Shown: piece after piece, positions 33,012 to 45,447 of the stretch
Position numbering within the stretch: the stretch's first letter is position 1
Layout: each line of letters begins with the position of its first letter
Assembly: GCA_030295235.1 (NCBI GenBank)
Contig: AP026142.1
Span: 1-64,000, forward strand
Direction of reading: 5' to 3'
Length of the DNA stretch: 64,000 bases
Source: Fistulifera solaris
Lineage: Eukaryota
Translations under genes and position numbers: made by a program
Notes under the pieces: model-generated
What the model saw: only the letters and a program-made list of their open reading frames with translations
Databases searched by the model: none
What the model was told of the DNA's origin: nothing

Positions 33012-34480
33012 ATGTTTCGCACAGCCCTTGTTGGATTCCTTGCCTTGGCGACTGCTTCGGCGGATCAGGTACGTTCGTTTGATTCGAGTAAAAATTCTTT
33101 TGTGAAATGTATTAATTGAAACTAAATATTTGCTCATTATACCATCAGTCTCTCTACAGCCGGCAGTTGCTGACCATTGATGGTACTTACAGCTCGAATG
33201 AAGTCGCTAATGTTGCCAGTCTTCCCATGTACACGGCCGGTAATAGCAAGAAAAGCGTCATCGGTAATGCGTATTATGAACTTGATTGCGCGAGCTCGAC
33301 CATGTGTGTCTCGGTTGTCTTGAACAAAGGATACAAGCTCGAACAAACGCTCGACAACATCTGGGTTAAGGACGCCAATCATCCGACTGCTTCCAATCTC
33401 AAATACGAGACCAAGTCTTTCTCTTACTTCAAAGATGGTACTCAGGGATGGGAAGCTTGTTTCGTTCTTCCAGCATCGGAATCGGGTGATCGTTTGCTCG
33501 AATTCCATTCCAATTACGATAAAGGTGAAACCATGTCGACCGGAAAGCTAGCGCAGGGTGCAGGTAAAGCAATCAACTTGTGTCCGGCCAAGGTCAGTGG
33601 AACAGAAGCCGCACCGACCGAGCCGGAACTTCCAACGGAACCCGAACCCAGCGAGCCGGAACCCACCGAGCCCAAGGATACCCCGTTGTCTCCTGGTAAC
33701 ACCGAAGGCACGGGAGTGACTCCATCCACTCCCCGAGAAGGCGGTTCCTTCGGAGACCCCCACGTCAAAACATGGACGGGTCACGTCTTTGATTTCCACG
33801 GCGCTTGTGATATTGTGTTGGCGCACGTCCCCGCCTTTAACAACGAACAAGGCCTCGACTTGCACGTTCGCATGACGATGCGCGATGACTGGAGTTACAT
33901 CAGTGAAGCCGCTCTCAAAATCGGTAACGATGTCTTGCAAGTCGGCACCAACGCCGAGTATTACTTAAATGGCGTCAAATCGGCCGCTTTGCCCTTGACG
34001 GTTGGTGGCTTTGCCGTCAAGGTCGTACACAAAACCGAAAAGACCCACCGTTTCGACATTGATTTGAAAGAACAGGGCAAGATCCGTATCAAGGTTTACA
34101 ATGAATTCTTGGGTGTCAATTTCCAAAAGGCCGGTAGCGATTTTCAACATGCTACGGGTATCATGGGTGAATTCGAGACGGGTGCCTTGTTGAGCCGCAA
34201 CGGTCAAGTCGTTGCGGACACGAATGTGTACGGACAGGAGTGGCAAGTGCACGACGATGAACTCCAATTGTTCCAAGAAAAGAAGGGACCTCAATACCCT
34301 CAGGCTTGTGAGATGCCGGTCCCCAAGGAACTCTCTCAGCGACGACTCGCCGAGTCGATGGTTTCCTTCGAAGATGCAGCCAAGGCTTGTGCTGATTGGG
34401 ACATGGAATCCAAGGAAGCCTGCATTTATGATGTCATGGCCACCGGCGATTTGGAAATGGCGCAAGGAGGTGCCATGTAA
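33012..34480 (+). CDS. Secreted GDPH/VWD-domain protein
   Basis: Signal peptide MFRTALVGFLALATASA, intron at about 33069-33148, PTEPE linker, FGDPHVKTWTG..FDFHGACD and C-terminal CIYDVMATGD. Confidence 0.9.
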
Positions 34481-35858
34481 GGGTTTGACACGTTCCGTCC
34501 TCGGAACGAACGCCCGATAACAGAGCGAACCTTTGGCATTGTAACAATACCAAAATAATTAAACTCATAACTGCACTCAGCATTACTTATATAATAGTAG
34601 TTGCCGTTGCTTCGTACTACGTACTTTATTAATGGCAGGACACATTCGACATTCAACTACATGACGTTCTGCATTCTCCTCCGGTTCGACAGGGAAGTTC
34701 AAACTGTGCCAATTGTTCATCATCTCCTCGTGCGACTTGATCGGACAACATAAGGATAGATCGCCGAAAGTCGTGCGAAGCGATTTGTTAGCAATGCGGA
34801 TGTCACCAGTGATGTTCGCTCCGTCGGTGGCTCGGCCACTCTAGATTTGCGGAGCCCTTAAAAAAGAACGATTCAATTGAGTAGAGCTCATCCATGGACC
34901 GATCATTCGAATAAAAATCTCCATGTTATCATTTACAGTGATACTTCAGTTGTGCAATAGCCATTGTCGTAAATATAAACAACCGGGACTATAAGCATCC
35001 GTAATCATGAACAACCAGCCCCGCATGCTTCAAGTTTTTGTATGCAACAAAACATTCTAAAAACGTCGCCCAATGTTTTTGCCGAGTCGAAAACGTCACG
35101 GATGATTCAGGATTCAGGACACAACTGGAACGCCTTCAAGTTACAAAGTAGAGTCGGCAAGTACAGCGCTGATAAGCTCGTGTACGACACTGCCCGGCAC
35201 CGGTACAAGTAAATACTCAATGTTAGCATCCTCATTCTCCGAATAAATGTCAATATTGAATCCGAATGATTTCCAACGATGCGAAAAGATGATGATGATG
35301 ATTCACGGCTCTTAGCCAATGATCCATAAAAGGCAGTACCCCCCGTCGTGGATCGTGCAATCCTGCATCCTGCAATCCTTGAAAGTGAAATCAAATGGGA
35401 TGATGGGATCTTATGGTCGCCAAAACGCGTGCATCTTTCTTATGTCGTTTCAATACCAAAAAAGAGAGTGTGCCTGTTTCCTGCAACTGCAACGGCATCG
35501 CATATCGCATGTCGCATGTCGCATGTTTTGAGCTGATCCGGGTTTCCATCAATCTGTCGATGATTTTCCCTTGCAGTACCGGTACTGGGCCGACGTGTTC
35601 TTTACGTAGACTTTCAACGCGAAAAAAGGTATCATGTTCTTTGTCAGAGCGGGTACTCTGTTAACCGTACTACAACCTCGACGGATACACAATCGCCAAT
35701 CGCGTTTCGAAGTTGCATGCATGCTCAGCAAGAGCGAGAACAACCTGCATCTGTTGATTCTGTCTCCATTAACAACGCTGCAGGTTTATAGTTAACTTTG
35801 TCTTAAATCTCCACATTCGCCAAAATACTTGGCTCATTCAACGATCGTTGCAGACAAA

Positions 35859-36369
35859 ATGGGGAAAACATTGGGGAAGATTTTGCTATTTGCTTTAGTG
35901 GGTGAGTGCTTTTCATTTCGTTTCCGCTTCTTTACTCCCTGTTGCATGGTCTTATCTTGATTCATATCATGAAATCCAAGGAGTATCAACAGCCCTCTTT
36001 GATCGCCATTTACAAATTTGCAATCGCGGTGGGAGACGCGTTAGCTGTGATTGCGTCACACCCGTCGGTTCCGGCAATTGTTTGGACGCAGCACAGAAAA
36101 CATACAATCGCTGCGTCAAAGCCGACAATACCTTGACATTGCAAAAGTGTAAGGAACGGGCGGAAAGTATTTTGAATCGGGAGCTTCGCGGAATCGCATT
36201 CGCAAATTTCAAAGACAATCGAGCGTGTTCCATTTTCTTTGATGTCGGCGTTAATTTAGAAGAAAATTGTCCGACAGATTTCAGCAAAGTTACTGGGTTT
36301 TTGGGAAGTGGTCGTGTCACTTCGGCGGACAATTCGTCTCCCGATATCACCTGCTGTCGATGCGAATGA
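35859..36369 (+). CDS. Small secreted cysteine-rich protein
   Basis: Splicing intron 35902-35980 gives MGKTLGKILLFALVGVSTA, then an RHLQ propeptide-like motif and about 11 Cys. Confidence 0.75.
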
Positions 36370-36797
36370 TACCTGGAAAGGCCCAGAATGCGACAAGGCT
36401 CGTCTCCATATCCTGCGTCCGTGGCTTGAAACGAATTTCTATACGCTTCAGCTTTGCGTGAGAGAGTGACTTATTCGCTGAAATAGGGATCTATTTGGTT
36501 TGACTAACATGGAAACAATATGCGGTGATGACTCCAATGAACGAACTAAATCACAATTATTTTTTGTCATCCCGGATGATATTAGCTACGTATAGTAAGT
36601 GTCACACCTCACACTCGTTTGGGCCGAGAAACTATTTGAACGAATGAGAACCCTCATTTTTCATTACTATGGGATAAAGAGAACTGATCCGCTTTTTCTA
36701 CGGGTCGTCGAAGAACAACGCACACTTTTCGTTCGAAAACATGAAGCAACAGAAGATCTCATTCTACGCTTCCATAAACAAACCATAAGCAACAACC

Positions 36798-37526
36798 ATG
36801 ATCGATAGCATACCCTTTGAAGTTCGCTTGCTGTGCTGGGAGTATTTATCGGTCAAAGATTATGGCTCACTCGCCATGACATGTCGTTCTTGGAACGACG
36901 ATCGCCGTCATTTACATCCAACACGATATGTTTGCATTTCCTCTCCAACCCACGAACAAGCTCTCCAGCGCTCGCGAATTCTGCATCAGAATCAGCCTAT
37001 CCTACTTCGGCTGGAAACGGTGTTACCTCGGAAACACGTACCACTGCTTAATGTCACGGAACTGGAATTGGCGTTAGGCTTGCCGGTTGTTGTATCCGCC
37101 ATTTGCTTTCCTAATGTCACCAAAGTCACATTAAGCAACAATACACAGTTTCGAGACCAACAACAAATGGGAAAGTTTCTGCATAATAATGTGGAGGTTC
37201 TGATCATTCAAGACAATGATCGTGTGCCTTTGAATGGACACGATTTGCGTGAATTCCAAGCATTGCATACGTTGATCTTGCAAAACTGTTGCTTGCAGTT
37301 GACGGAAGTGTCGGACGCACGTTGTGAGCTTGATTTGTTCTCGTGGATCAAAGCTCCGTTGCGGCACGTAGCCATGCGCCGGGTTCACTGTCCAGGGGTT
37401 TCACAAACTATGTTGATGAACTTTGTGAGGAGGCGACCGTTGCTGCAGTATTTTGAGAGTGATGTGCTGACAGAAGACAACAAGAGTCGATTGCGAAATG
37501 AACTTCCGTATATTCAGATTGTTTAA
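36798..37526 (+). CDS. F-box protein with leucine-rich repeat-like region
   Basis: IPFEVRLLCWEYLSVKDYGSLAMTCRSW F-box; LHTLILQNC-type LRR strands. Confidence 0.8.
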   Translation: MIDSIPFEVRLLCWEYLSVKDYGSLAMTCRSWNDDRRHLHPTRYVCISSPTHEQALQRSRILHQNQPILLRLETVLPRKHVPLLNVTELELALGLPVVVSAICFPNVTKVTLSNNTQFRDQQQMGKFLHNNVEVLIIQDNDRVPLNGHDLREFQALHTLILQNCCLQLTEVSDARCELDLFSWIKAPLRHVAMRRVHCPGVSQTMLMNFVRRRPLLQYFESDVLTEDNKSRLRNELPYIQIV

Positions 37527-39465
37527 GGCGGCATATCGTGTACGGCGCAATGCATGTGTAATTTTTCGAGAGTGTATTTGAGCTGGATGAAATAAAGGGT
37601 CCGAGGCAGCGTGTTTCCCGCCAAGGCACACTAGTAGTTCACATATCGAATCGACAGTTACTCCACTCTCGCCTCCTCAAAGTGGCTGCAAGCCTGCCGC
37701 GATGGAATGAATAGCGGACTGTCATGAACTGCTGACCGTCGGTATCGGACCTGTTGCCAAAACCGCTTCCGCAATTCACGAAACGAAAAGTTCTCGAAGA
37801 TCAGATGTCAGTGTTCCTTGAACATTATTTTTAAAAATGTAGAGATATAAAAGCGATTCTCGTTCTCCATTCTTCATTCGTTTTTCGCTGGTTACCGTTA
37901 TTTCTGTGCAAATATCACATGCCCTGCATCGGCTCGTTCTCGATGTTTTGACTGTCAACACGTTACAATCACAGTTCCTTGCTTATTGTTACTTTCGATG
38001 TATAGCAGTAACCATTAGACCTTTACTGAATTCCGATAGTCGTACGTTGCGCATCATGCTTGGTAAAAAAATAGTTGGATGATTAAAGTTTACAAGGTTA
38101 CTGATTACTGATAATATTCAAGCTGCTTCTTCAGCATCGTTCTCTCGCTCTAGGTGGCGAGCATCTGTCGTATCTCGATGTCACTTGAGCTGCCTATGGT
38201 CTCCATTAGCTCTCTAGGCTCTAGGCTCCCTAGAGAGTCTACCGGGAAACCATCGCCGTTCATCGTTAAAATCAATCAAGGCTTGAAACGCCAACATGCA
38301 AATGATGAGCATGGCTGGTTTGCGACGATTACAAGTACATCTTGACGTGTAACAGGTACGTAACGCAACAAAAACCGTTCGTGACTTCATGAGTGCATTT
38401 TGACACTAAGGTTGCGGGACATTTGCCAGGGTTAAATTGATAAAATAATTGTTAGGACAAAACACTCAAACATTATTATTATTTTGTCGTTTGTCGAAGA
38501 GACAATAGGTAATGAGACGTTGTTTGTTCCGCAACATAATGCCATCATGAACTCAAAAATACAACGCATGACCGCTGATTTCATGACAAAAATGAGTCAA
38601 TAGTCATAACGAAGTTTTTGTAAATCTGCACTTTCATAAACTGCAGACTTGAACTTCCCCGATAAAGCTCAAATGGCAGCTGGCAGTGGGCAGTGGCAGC
38701 TCGTAAACTTACTGATGAAAAGTATAGTCCGACAAATATCGATATTTCGATTTTTACGAATATCAATATCGTATTATACGATATAATAACCGATATTAAT
38801 ATCGGCGACCGTCTCTCTTCGCCCGCAAAATACAGCCATTTTAGCGTAAAATGCCACAAATCCGTCTGTCAGGCGTACGAATATCGACAAATATCGATAT
38901 TGGGAAAAATGGCTCTGATATAATACGTTATTATAACGTGAATATCGGTATTCGTTATTTGTTATTTTAGAGCGTGTCGAACGTCGAACTATAAATGAAA
39001 AGCGAAAGCAAACAGAAAACGGAAGGGGCAAACGGCAAAGTAACTGTTAGTGTTAAATTGTTAGATACAGGAGTAGATTACTTACTTTGTACTTTGTACT
39101 GTCTACTTTTATTGAAAGCTCCAGAGCAGCTGTTCGGGACCTCCAACGACTTTTTGATCTACACGATTTCGATCAGTGCGTGTTCCACAGAAGCTATCTT
39201 TTGACATTTCACAGATTGTATTCTACTTTGTATCGTTTACGATGTAGGAGATTGAACAGTGAAGGTTCTGCCGAATGCTCTGCGCCACGCCCCTTACTTT
39301 GGTATAGCGAATAGCGACGCCCAAGGCAAATGTTGCAGTGACGCGTTTTCTCTGGCATTACCTTGTAGTTCTGCTGGGCGTTCTTTCATTGCGCAAAAAT
39401 CGTGAGGCCTCCCTCTTTGATCATTCCTTCCTGTTTGATTTTTTGATAATCTGTTCCTCTTTACC

Positions 39466-39705
39466 ATGAAATGCTCGTTCGAAACGCAAAATAGCCCTTC
39501 GCCAACCATCGACGCGACGTCGCTTCGAACGGCTATGCTTTCGTCGAATCCACTTTCTCGTCCGCCGCGCAATCATACTATCTCTTCCCCGAGAACCCGA
39601 CGTGCACATGTGGTATCTGTCTTACAAGAAGCTTTGGATATTATAGCGGATATGGAAGACTACGTTGCCTCTGGTTCGGAAGACGTTGTTCATCTCTCAC
39701 AATAA
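39466..39705 (+). CDS. Small hypothetical protein
   Basis: 79-aa ATG ORF with an amphipathic VVSVLQEALDIIAD helix; no other support. Confidence 0.4.
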   Translation: MKCSFETQNSPSPTIDATSLRTAMLSSNPLSRPPRNHTISSPRTRRAHVVSVLQEALDIIADMEDYVASGSEDVVHLSQ

Positions 39706-40250
39706 GGGCAAACGCTGGTTACCACAAATGGTTTCATTTATCACTTCTCAACATCTTTTGAACAACCAAGATTGCTCACGCCGACACCCGAAATGATTTT
39801 GCTAAGAAACCTTAATTTAATAAATTAATTCTTTATTGCCTGAAACGATTATTTCGTCGAGATATCGTGAGCACGCTCCCTTGCGGCTGCCCATTGCTCT
39901 CGAATGAAGACCAGGTAGCGACGGCGCGTTGACATCTCTCTGTGGTCTATTCCTCCTTTCCTTATCCTAGAAGGCACGTCATATCTTCCATGGTGCTTAA
40001 AAGTAGACTTTCTTATCTTTCTCAATGAAGCACGCACGCTGTCATTTTTCATGACGAGCCAAGGCTGAGCGTGACTGAATATTCCGCCCGTGACTAAAGC
40101 AGATCTTCCTATTACTTCGCACATTTTAAAAAAAAAAGCATTCCTTTTTCAATCGAGGTATCTCATCTCTTGACCATGATGCGTCGAAAACATCTTCCCA
40201 AACTCCTTCCTCTCGCGATTTCTGACACAAATACTAATATCAAAACACGC

Positions 40251-41578
40251 ATGACCCGTCGGTTCCCCCGTTGGTACCGCACACCGCGCACACAAACACT
40301 TGTGTTGGGGCTCGTCTTTTCCAAGTCTTTACCGCTTATACAACGATTCAATTCTATGCATCGTCCAACTACGGCCCCGAGCTCGCCAGTCGCATCGTGA
40401 GTACGTTGTATGTCACGTTTACAGTCGGTTGTTTTGTAGCACCGACGTGGACGAATCAATGGGGCGCTCAAACGGCGGTGACGTTCGGAATTTTAGGATA
40501 CGCGTGTTTGGTGGGGACAAGTTTAGTGTATTTCCAGTTTCCGCAACACCCATGGGTAGTGATTGGGGGAGGAGCCGTGTTGGGGCTCGGAGCATCACTG
40601 CTTTGGACGGGGCAAGGACGTTTGTTGTTGTCGTATGCCCAGAATGATGCGAGTTTGTTGGGGTTGTTTTGGTCGGCCTTTCAATGCAGTGCCGTTACAG
40701 GCGGTCTGCTGAGTTTCCTGTATTATGGAAGAGAAACCAACGCAAACAATGCTGGGCTGTATCTCATTTTCTTGGGGTTCATTCTTATCGGAGCGCTCGC
40801 GTCGCATTTCCTATTGATACCATCTCGTGAATTGTATCGATCACCGAAACAAGAATCTGTGCACCCGATGGAAGAAACAACGAGTCTAGTAGTCAGTCAA
40901 TCAGACTATTGGAACGATGAAGAGTCGCCGGAAGACGTTAGTCAGCATTCTTGGTGGTACGAGACTCGTGAAACGTTACGTCTGTTTTCGTCACCGACCA
41001 TGTTATGGCTGGGCCCATTATTCTTTTATACCGGATTCAATCAGCCCTATCAACAAGCGACTTTCGGTAATCGAATGGTGAGCAAACGTACAATTGGATT
41101 GGAATTGGTGGTTTTTCATAGCATGGAAATACTGGGTGGTTTTGTGGGAGGAAAATTGTTGAAGTCCAGAACGACGGCTCTTTATTGTTGGGCACTGTTT
41201 GGCATTATGATCATACTAGGCAATGCGCTGGCACTCCTTCTCGAAGTTCAGTCGTCAGGAGATATCTCTGCAGTCGACGTAGCTGATGGATGGGCGGTGG
41301 TGCTGCCATCCTTGGCGTTTGCATCTTGGGGTTTGGCGGACGCACAAATCAATCTGTACATCATGTGGTTGTTGGGACACTGGTATTCCGACGCTGAACG
41401 GAGTCGCGCCATTGGCTTCTACAAGTGTCTGCAATCATTAGGATATTCCTTGGGGTTCTGGTGTATGCCAACGTCGCGCATGTCCGCGTTGCATCAATGG
41501 ATACTGTCGTCGAGTTTGTTTGTCATAGGGTCCGTCATGTCCTTGCAGAAACTGCCCAAGCGTAATGCGTTGGAGTGA
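40251..41578 (+). CDS. UNC-93-like MFS membrane protein
   Basis: Multiple TM helices, FTAYTTIQ and GLGASLLWTGQG motifs; the N-terminus needs a frameshift near 40316. Confidence 0.85.
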
Positions 41579-41959
41579 AATAAAGTTGTAGATTATAAAG
41601 TGCGGTTTAATGATACGAAAAACGAAGTAAAAAGAGACTCGGACGAGCTAACTGAAGAAAATGTGATACTATTATTTGAGAAACGGGTCACGCTGTAGCA
41701 AAGTGCCTCTAAATAGTGAGTGCCGGAAGGATTATAGATGTCAGGTCAATGTGTAGTCTTGAGAGCTGGCTGGCGTAACCAGAAATCTCGGCATAAGTAA
41801 ATTGTCTGACGGGCGCGCTCGCCGTTGCATATTACGGAGTCGATCGCCTACCGAAGGTGTTTGTTTGCATCTCTGTTTCTTCGTATAAAAACGACCACCA
41901 TCGATTAAAACGTTTGCATTCAGACAATCTTTCCTCCTTTTCTCTATTCACTCTATATC

Positions 41960-42544
41960 ATGATGAAATCAACCCAAAGCCAAGTAGAAGATGCGTTCGC
42001 TGGTCATCAAGAAGAAAAGTCGGAAAAGGATGTCGGCGGCTCGCCGGTCCGAAACGGCCCCGTAGGTTGCTACCTCGTCTACGAACCTTCTTCTGGTGGT
42101 CGTCTCATGAATGAGTACAGCAAAGGCCCCATTCCGAGCAATGCAGTAGGATTCTGGTGTACAGATGAGCCCATTCAAGAGTTCAAATTCAAAGTAGCCG
42201 GCGGCCGAAGCGAATTGATTAAAGGAATCGCGGGTGGTGATTCGAATCGCCGTAAATACTTTACCGGATGGTGCTTGTTCTTGAAAGCTGCTAAGGCAAA
42301 GAAAGCCAAAGTGATTCAATTCATTCCAGAATCGCAAGGTGTACCGGTGGATGTGTACGGGTACCATCAAAAGTTGAATCAACCCGTTTTGCTGGAATTG
42401 GAGGAAGCCTTGACCGATGTGAGTGATTTGGATGCAGTTGCTGTCATGCCCCGGCATCATGAGTTTATGAGAGGTGTCAAGTCGATTGCTTTAAGCAACT
42501 TTTTGGAATTGGGAAACCTAGCGGGCGCATCGACGCGATTGTAA
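41960..42544 (+). CDS. Hypothetical protein
   Basis: 194-aa intact ORF with globular-like composition; family not recognised. Confidence 0.7.
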   Translation: MMKSTQSQVEDAFAGHQEEKSEKDVGGSPVRNGPVGCYLVYEPSSGGRLMNEYSKGPIPSNAVGFWCTDEPIQEFKFKVAGGRSELIKGIAGGDSNRRKYFTGWCLFLKAAKAKKAKVIQFIPESQGVPVDVYGYHQKLNQPVLLELEEALTDVSDLDAVAVMPRHHEFMRGVKSIALSNFLELGNLAGASTRL

Positions 42545-42748
42545 ATGATTTTGCTCTGAAAAAATTGATCCGAAGTACATGCACGAGAACCGATCATTGA
42601 TGAATGATGCATGACATACCATACATACGAATGAGTCTGTGACACAGTTAACGTGTCTAGTAACAGAAGTTAAACAAAAATAATGACGCACAGAAGCATA
42701 GAATAAGTTTTCGCTTAGCTGCTATCGGATATAGTACTTTTCGGTCAT

Positions 42749-43456
42749 TTAGATCTCAACATTAGTGATGGTTTGAGTTTCGACTTGAGAAACTCCATCA
42801 ATGGCTTTGATCTTGGCCAAAAAGTCGGCTTCGGGTCCGTGGCCCTTCTCCGACCAAGGACCATACTCCTCAAGAGGAACTTCAGAAATATAAGTTGCAA
42901 AAACAGCGTCAGGGGTGTTGCCGTTCTATCAACAAACGAAACAGATGCAAAACATGTACTCACCAGTAATCATGAGCTAAACAATATCCAGCAAGAAGAT
43001 CATGTACGATTCAGAGTGGGTTAGAAGAGAGTGAGTAGTTTAGGGTCAATTTTCACCAAAATAATACAATGGAATGAACGTACTTTGAAGTCAAGGCAAG
43101 ATCCGCAGACCAAACGATTGACGGTAACATCCTTACTAATTGACTTGATTTCGGGCAAATATTCGTCCACGACTTTGGCAATCGCTTCCAACGACTTGGA
43201 AGTGGCCTTATCTCCTTCGTACTTGCAACGCCATTCTCGGCAGACACGGTCAAAGCTCATGGCGCCATTTGCGAGAGGAACTGCTTCAAAGAGTGCAGTT
43301 GAGGAAGAAGCACGAGCCGACGGAGCAGCCGGGGAGAACGCCTGAGAAAAGAATTGTGAGATGAGTTTGACGCGAGACGTCGGATACATGTTCCAGCAGT
43401 CATCAACCTACCGAAGCCACAGAAACAAGAGTCACGAGAACAGCAGGGACTTTCAT
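42749..43456 (-). CDS. Plastid-targeted small protein with CxxC motif (4 exons)
   Basis: Spliced [19 protein letters not shown] (ASAF motif); [19 protein letters not shown] and VETQT; includes 13-nt exon 42964-42976. Confidence 0.85.
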
Positions 43457-44075
43457 GTTGCTTTTTTCGTTAGGAATGGTTACTTGTCGAGACAAATATT
43501 AGCTAGGAAGACCAATGAATCCGATACAAAGCAGCCAATAATAAACATTGCTCGATTGCATCATCGTTGCCTGCTGCGAGGAGTTGCGAGATACACACTG
43601 TCTCATTCATTTTTCTTTTTGCGTACGTCACAGTCACAGCTGTGACCCGTGAATGAAAACCATCGTCAGGAACTCACGAATGAATGGCGGGTGATCGTAA
43701 TAGTAACTCAAACTCTAACGCACAAAAAACAGGATGCCATGCATGTGCAAAAGCGCGTGACGCACTACTTATAAAACCAGAATGCAGGTCTCAACGGCCA
43801 GGGCCGTTTTAGATGTTCTAAGCACTGCGTTTTTTAATGTACGCCAGCGATCGGCTCGTTTCTGTTCGCATTCGTTATTACCTACAAATTACCTTATACT
43901 CTCATGCACGACCTACAGTAACGTTTTCCACTCTATAGAGTGGTTTGGCGAGAAAAAGGCATCCGTTGACAAGCCCATGTCGTCCATCGCTCACGTTTTT
44001 GCAACTTTGTCGTGAAAAGGTCGTTCATCACATTACAACCATCCAAGTAATAGAAGCCTTCAACCCAAAACAGCC

Positions 44076-44990
44076 ATGAAGTTCGTATCCGCAAGTCTTT
44101 TCCTTTCCTTGATGGGCGCGGCGTCTGCCTTGGAAGAGCCTTCTTCGATCCTCGAATCAAAGCAAAGTGAGCGTCACTTAAAGAAGCTCTTAGAACTCGA
44201 TGAAGGTTTCGCCAAGCTGCAACAAGACACTGAACGAGACCTCCAGATCGGAAGTGGCCTCTTCTGTGAAAAGCAGTTGGATGCCTGCCGCACCTACACT
44301 GGAGGAAATTCCGTCGAACTTTGGTCGACCTACTTGGCCCCCATGCAAAACGGTACTCTTCCGTTCGGCCTCGGTCCTCTCTTTACCGTCATTGAGCTCT
44401 TCGCCAACATTGGACTTGTCATTGGAGAAACCTTGGGACTTGTCACCTTGACCAACGTTTTGACGGTTGTTGAAAATGTTTTGGGCGTACTTTCTGATCT
44501 TTTGTCCCGATTCAGGACGATGACCTTTGAAGCGGTCGTCACCGAGATGATTGAGTTGGAGCAGCAGACTAGTGAAGTCTTCGTGGAAAGTGAGGCCATG
44601 TGGGATCAATTCGCGACTTTGCAAGATCAAGTGCTTGCTATCTTGCAGGGAGCAGTTAATCAGGCACAGGCACGAGGAAGCATGGCTGTCTCCTCCGCGT
44701 ACGATGTGATTGCATCTTTGTTGAACTTCTACGCTGAGTTGTACCGCTCCGTTGTTGCTGTCGGCTTGGGACCTACCAGTCAAGCTGTTGTTGACTGCCA
44801 GTCGGACCGTGTGTCTTGCTCGATTGACCGCTTGGCCATTGATGTTATTCCGGCTTTGACGTCTTTGGTCGTTTACTTGGGTGCTGAGGCCAACGCCACC
44901 GCCACAAACGCCACCTTACCCATCGTCTCCAACGCCACCGCGCCGGTTGCTGCCAACAGCACCGCGCCGAACGCAACGGTTACTCCTTAA
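44076..44990 (+). CDS. Secreted protein of unknown function, paralogue A
   Basis: Signal peptide, RDLQ motif, two Cys pairs and a C-terminal tail rich in N-x-T sequons. Confidence 0.85.
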   Translation: MKFVSASLFLSLMGAASALEEPSSILESKQSERHLKKLLELDEGFAKLQQDTERDLQIGSGLFCEKQLDACRTYTGGNSVELWSTYLAPMQNGTLPFGLGPLFTVIELFANIGLVIGETLGLVTLTNVLTVVENVLGVLSDLLSRFRTMTFEAVVTEMIELEQQTSEVFVESEAMWDQFATLQDQVLAILQGAVNQAQARGSMAVSSAYDVIASLLNFYAELYRSVVAVGLGPTSQAVVDCQSDRVSCSIDRLAIDVIPALTSLVVYLGAEANATATNATLPIVSNATAPVAANSTAPNATVTP

Positions 44991-45447
44991 TTTCTTCATC
45001 GTCTGTAGAAAGTAATGAGTTAGTATTCATACATAATCGGAAAACTTGATCAGTTACTTAAACTTACCTTCCCCTATCAAGCGTCGGAAAAATTAGATAA
45101 AACCATGGTGTGCTTAGGGCGTCGATCTAAAGATTAGAACGAACGAATAAAAAGTATTGGCCGTTCGACTATTGCCGGGACTGATTGAATTTTAGTCATC
45201 CGAAAAAGTCTCGTACACTTTCTTAATTAGTAAAACTGTTTTGTTTTTTGCATAGGGCGTTCAATCTAAATACATCAAACTATGAGGCACATGTTAACGG
45301 TCCGTTTGGTTACTACAATGAGAACAGCCAAAACCTTGTTGGCCTTTGGCCTTTCATGTCCGATCACGCATGTCGCCAAAGTGAAGCTTCTCACATTTTT
45401 TTTGTGATCGCACAAAAACAAAAAACAATTCTTTTTTCTTCGTCACC

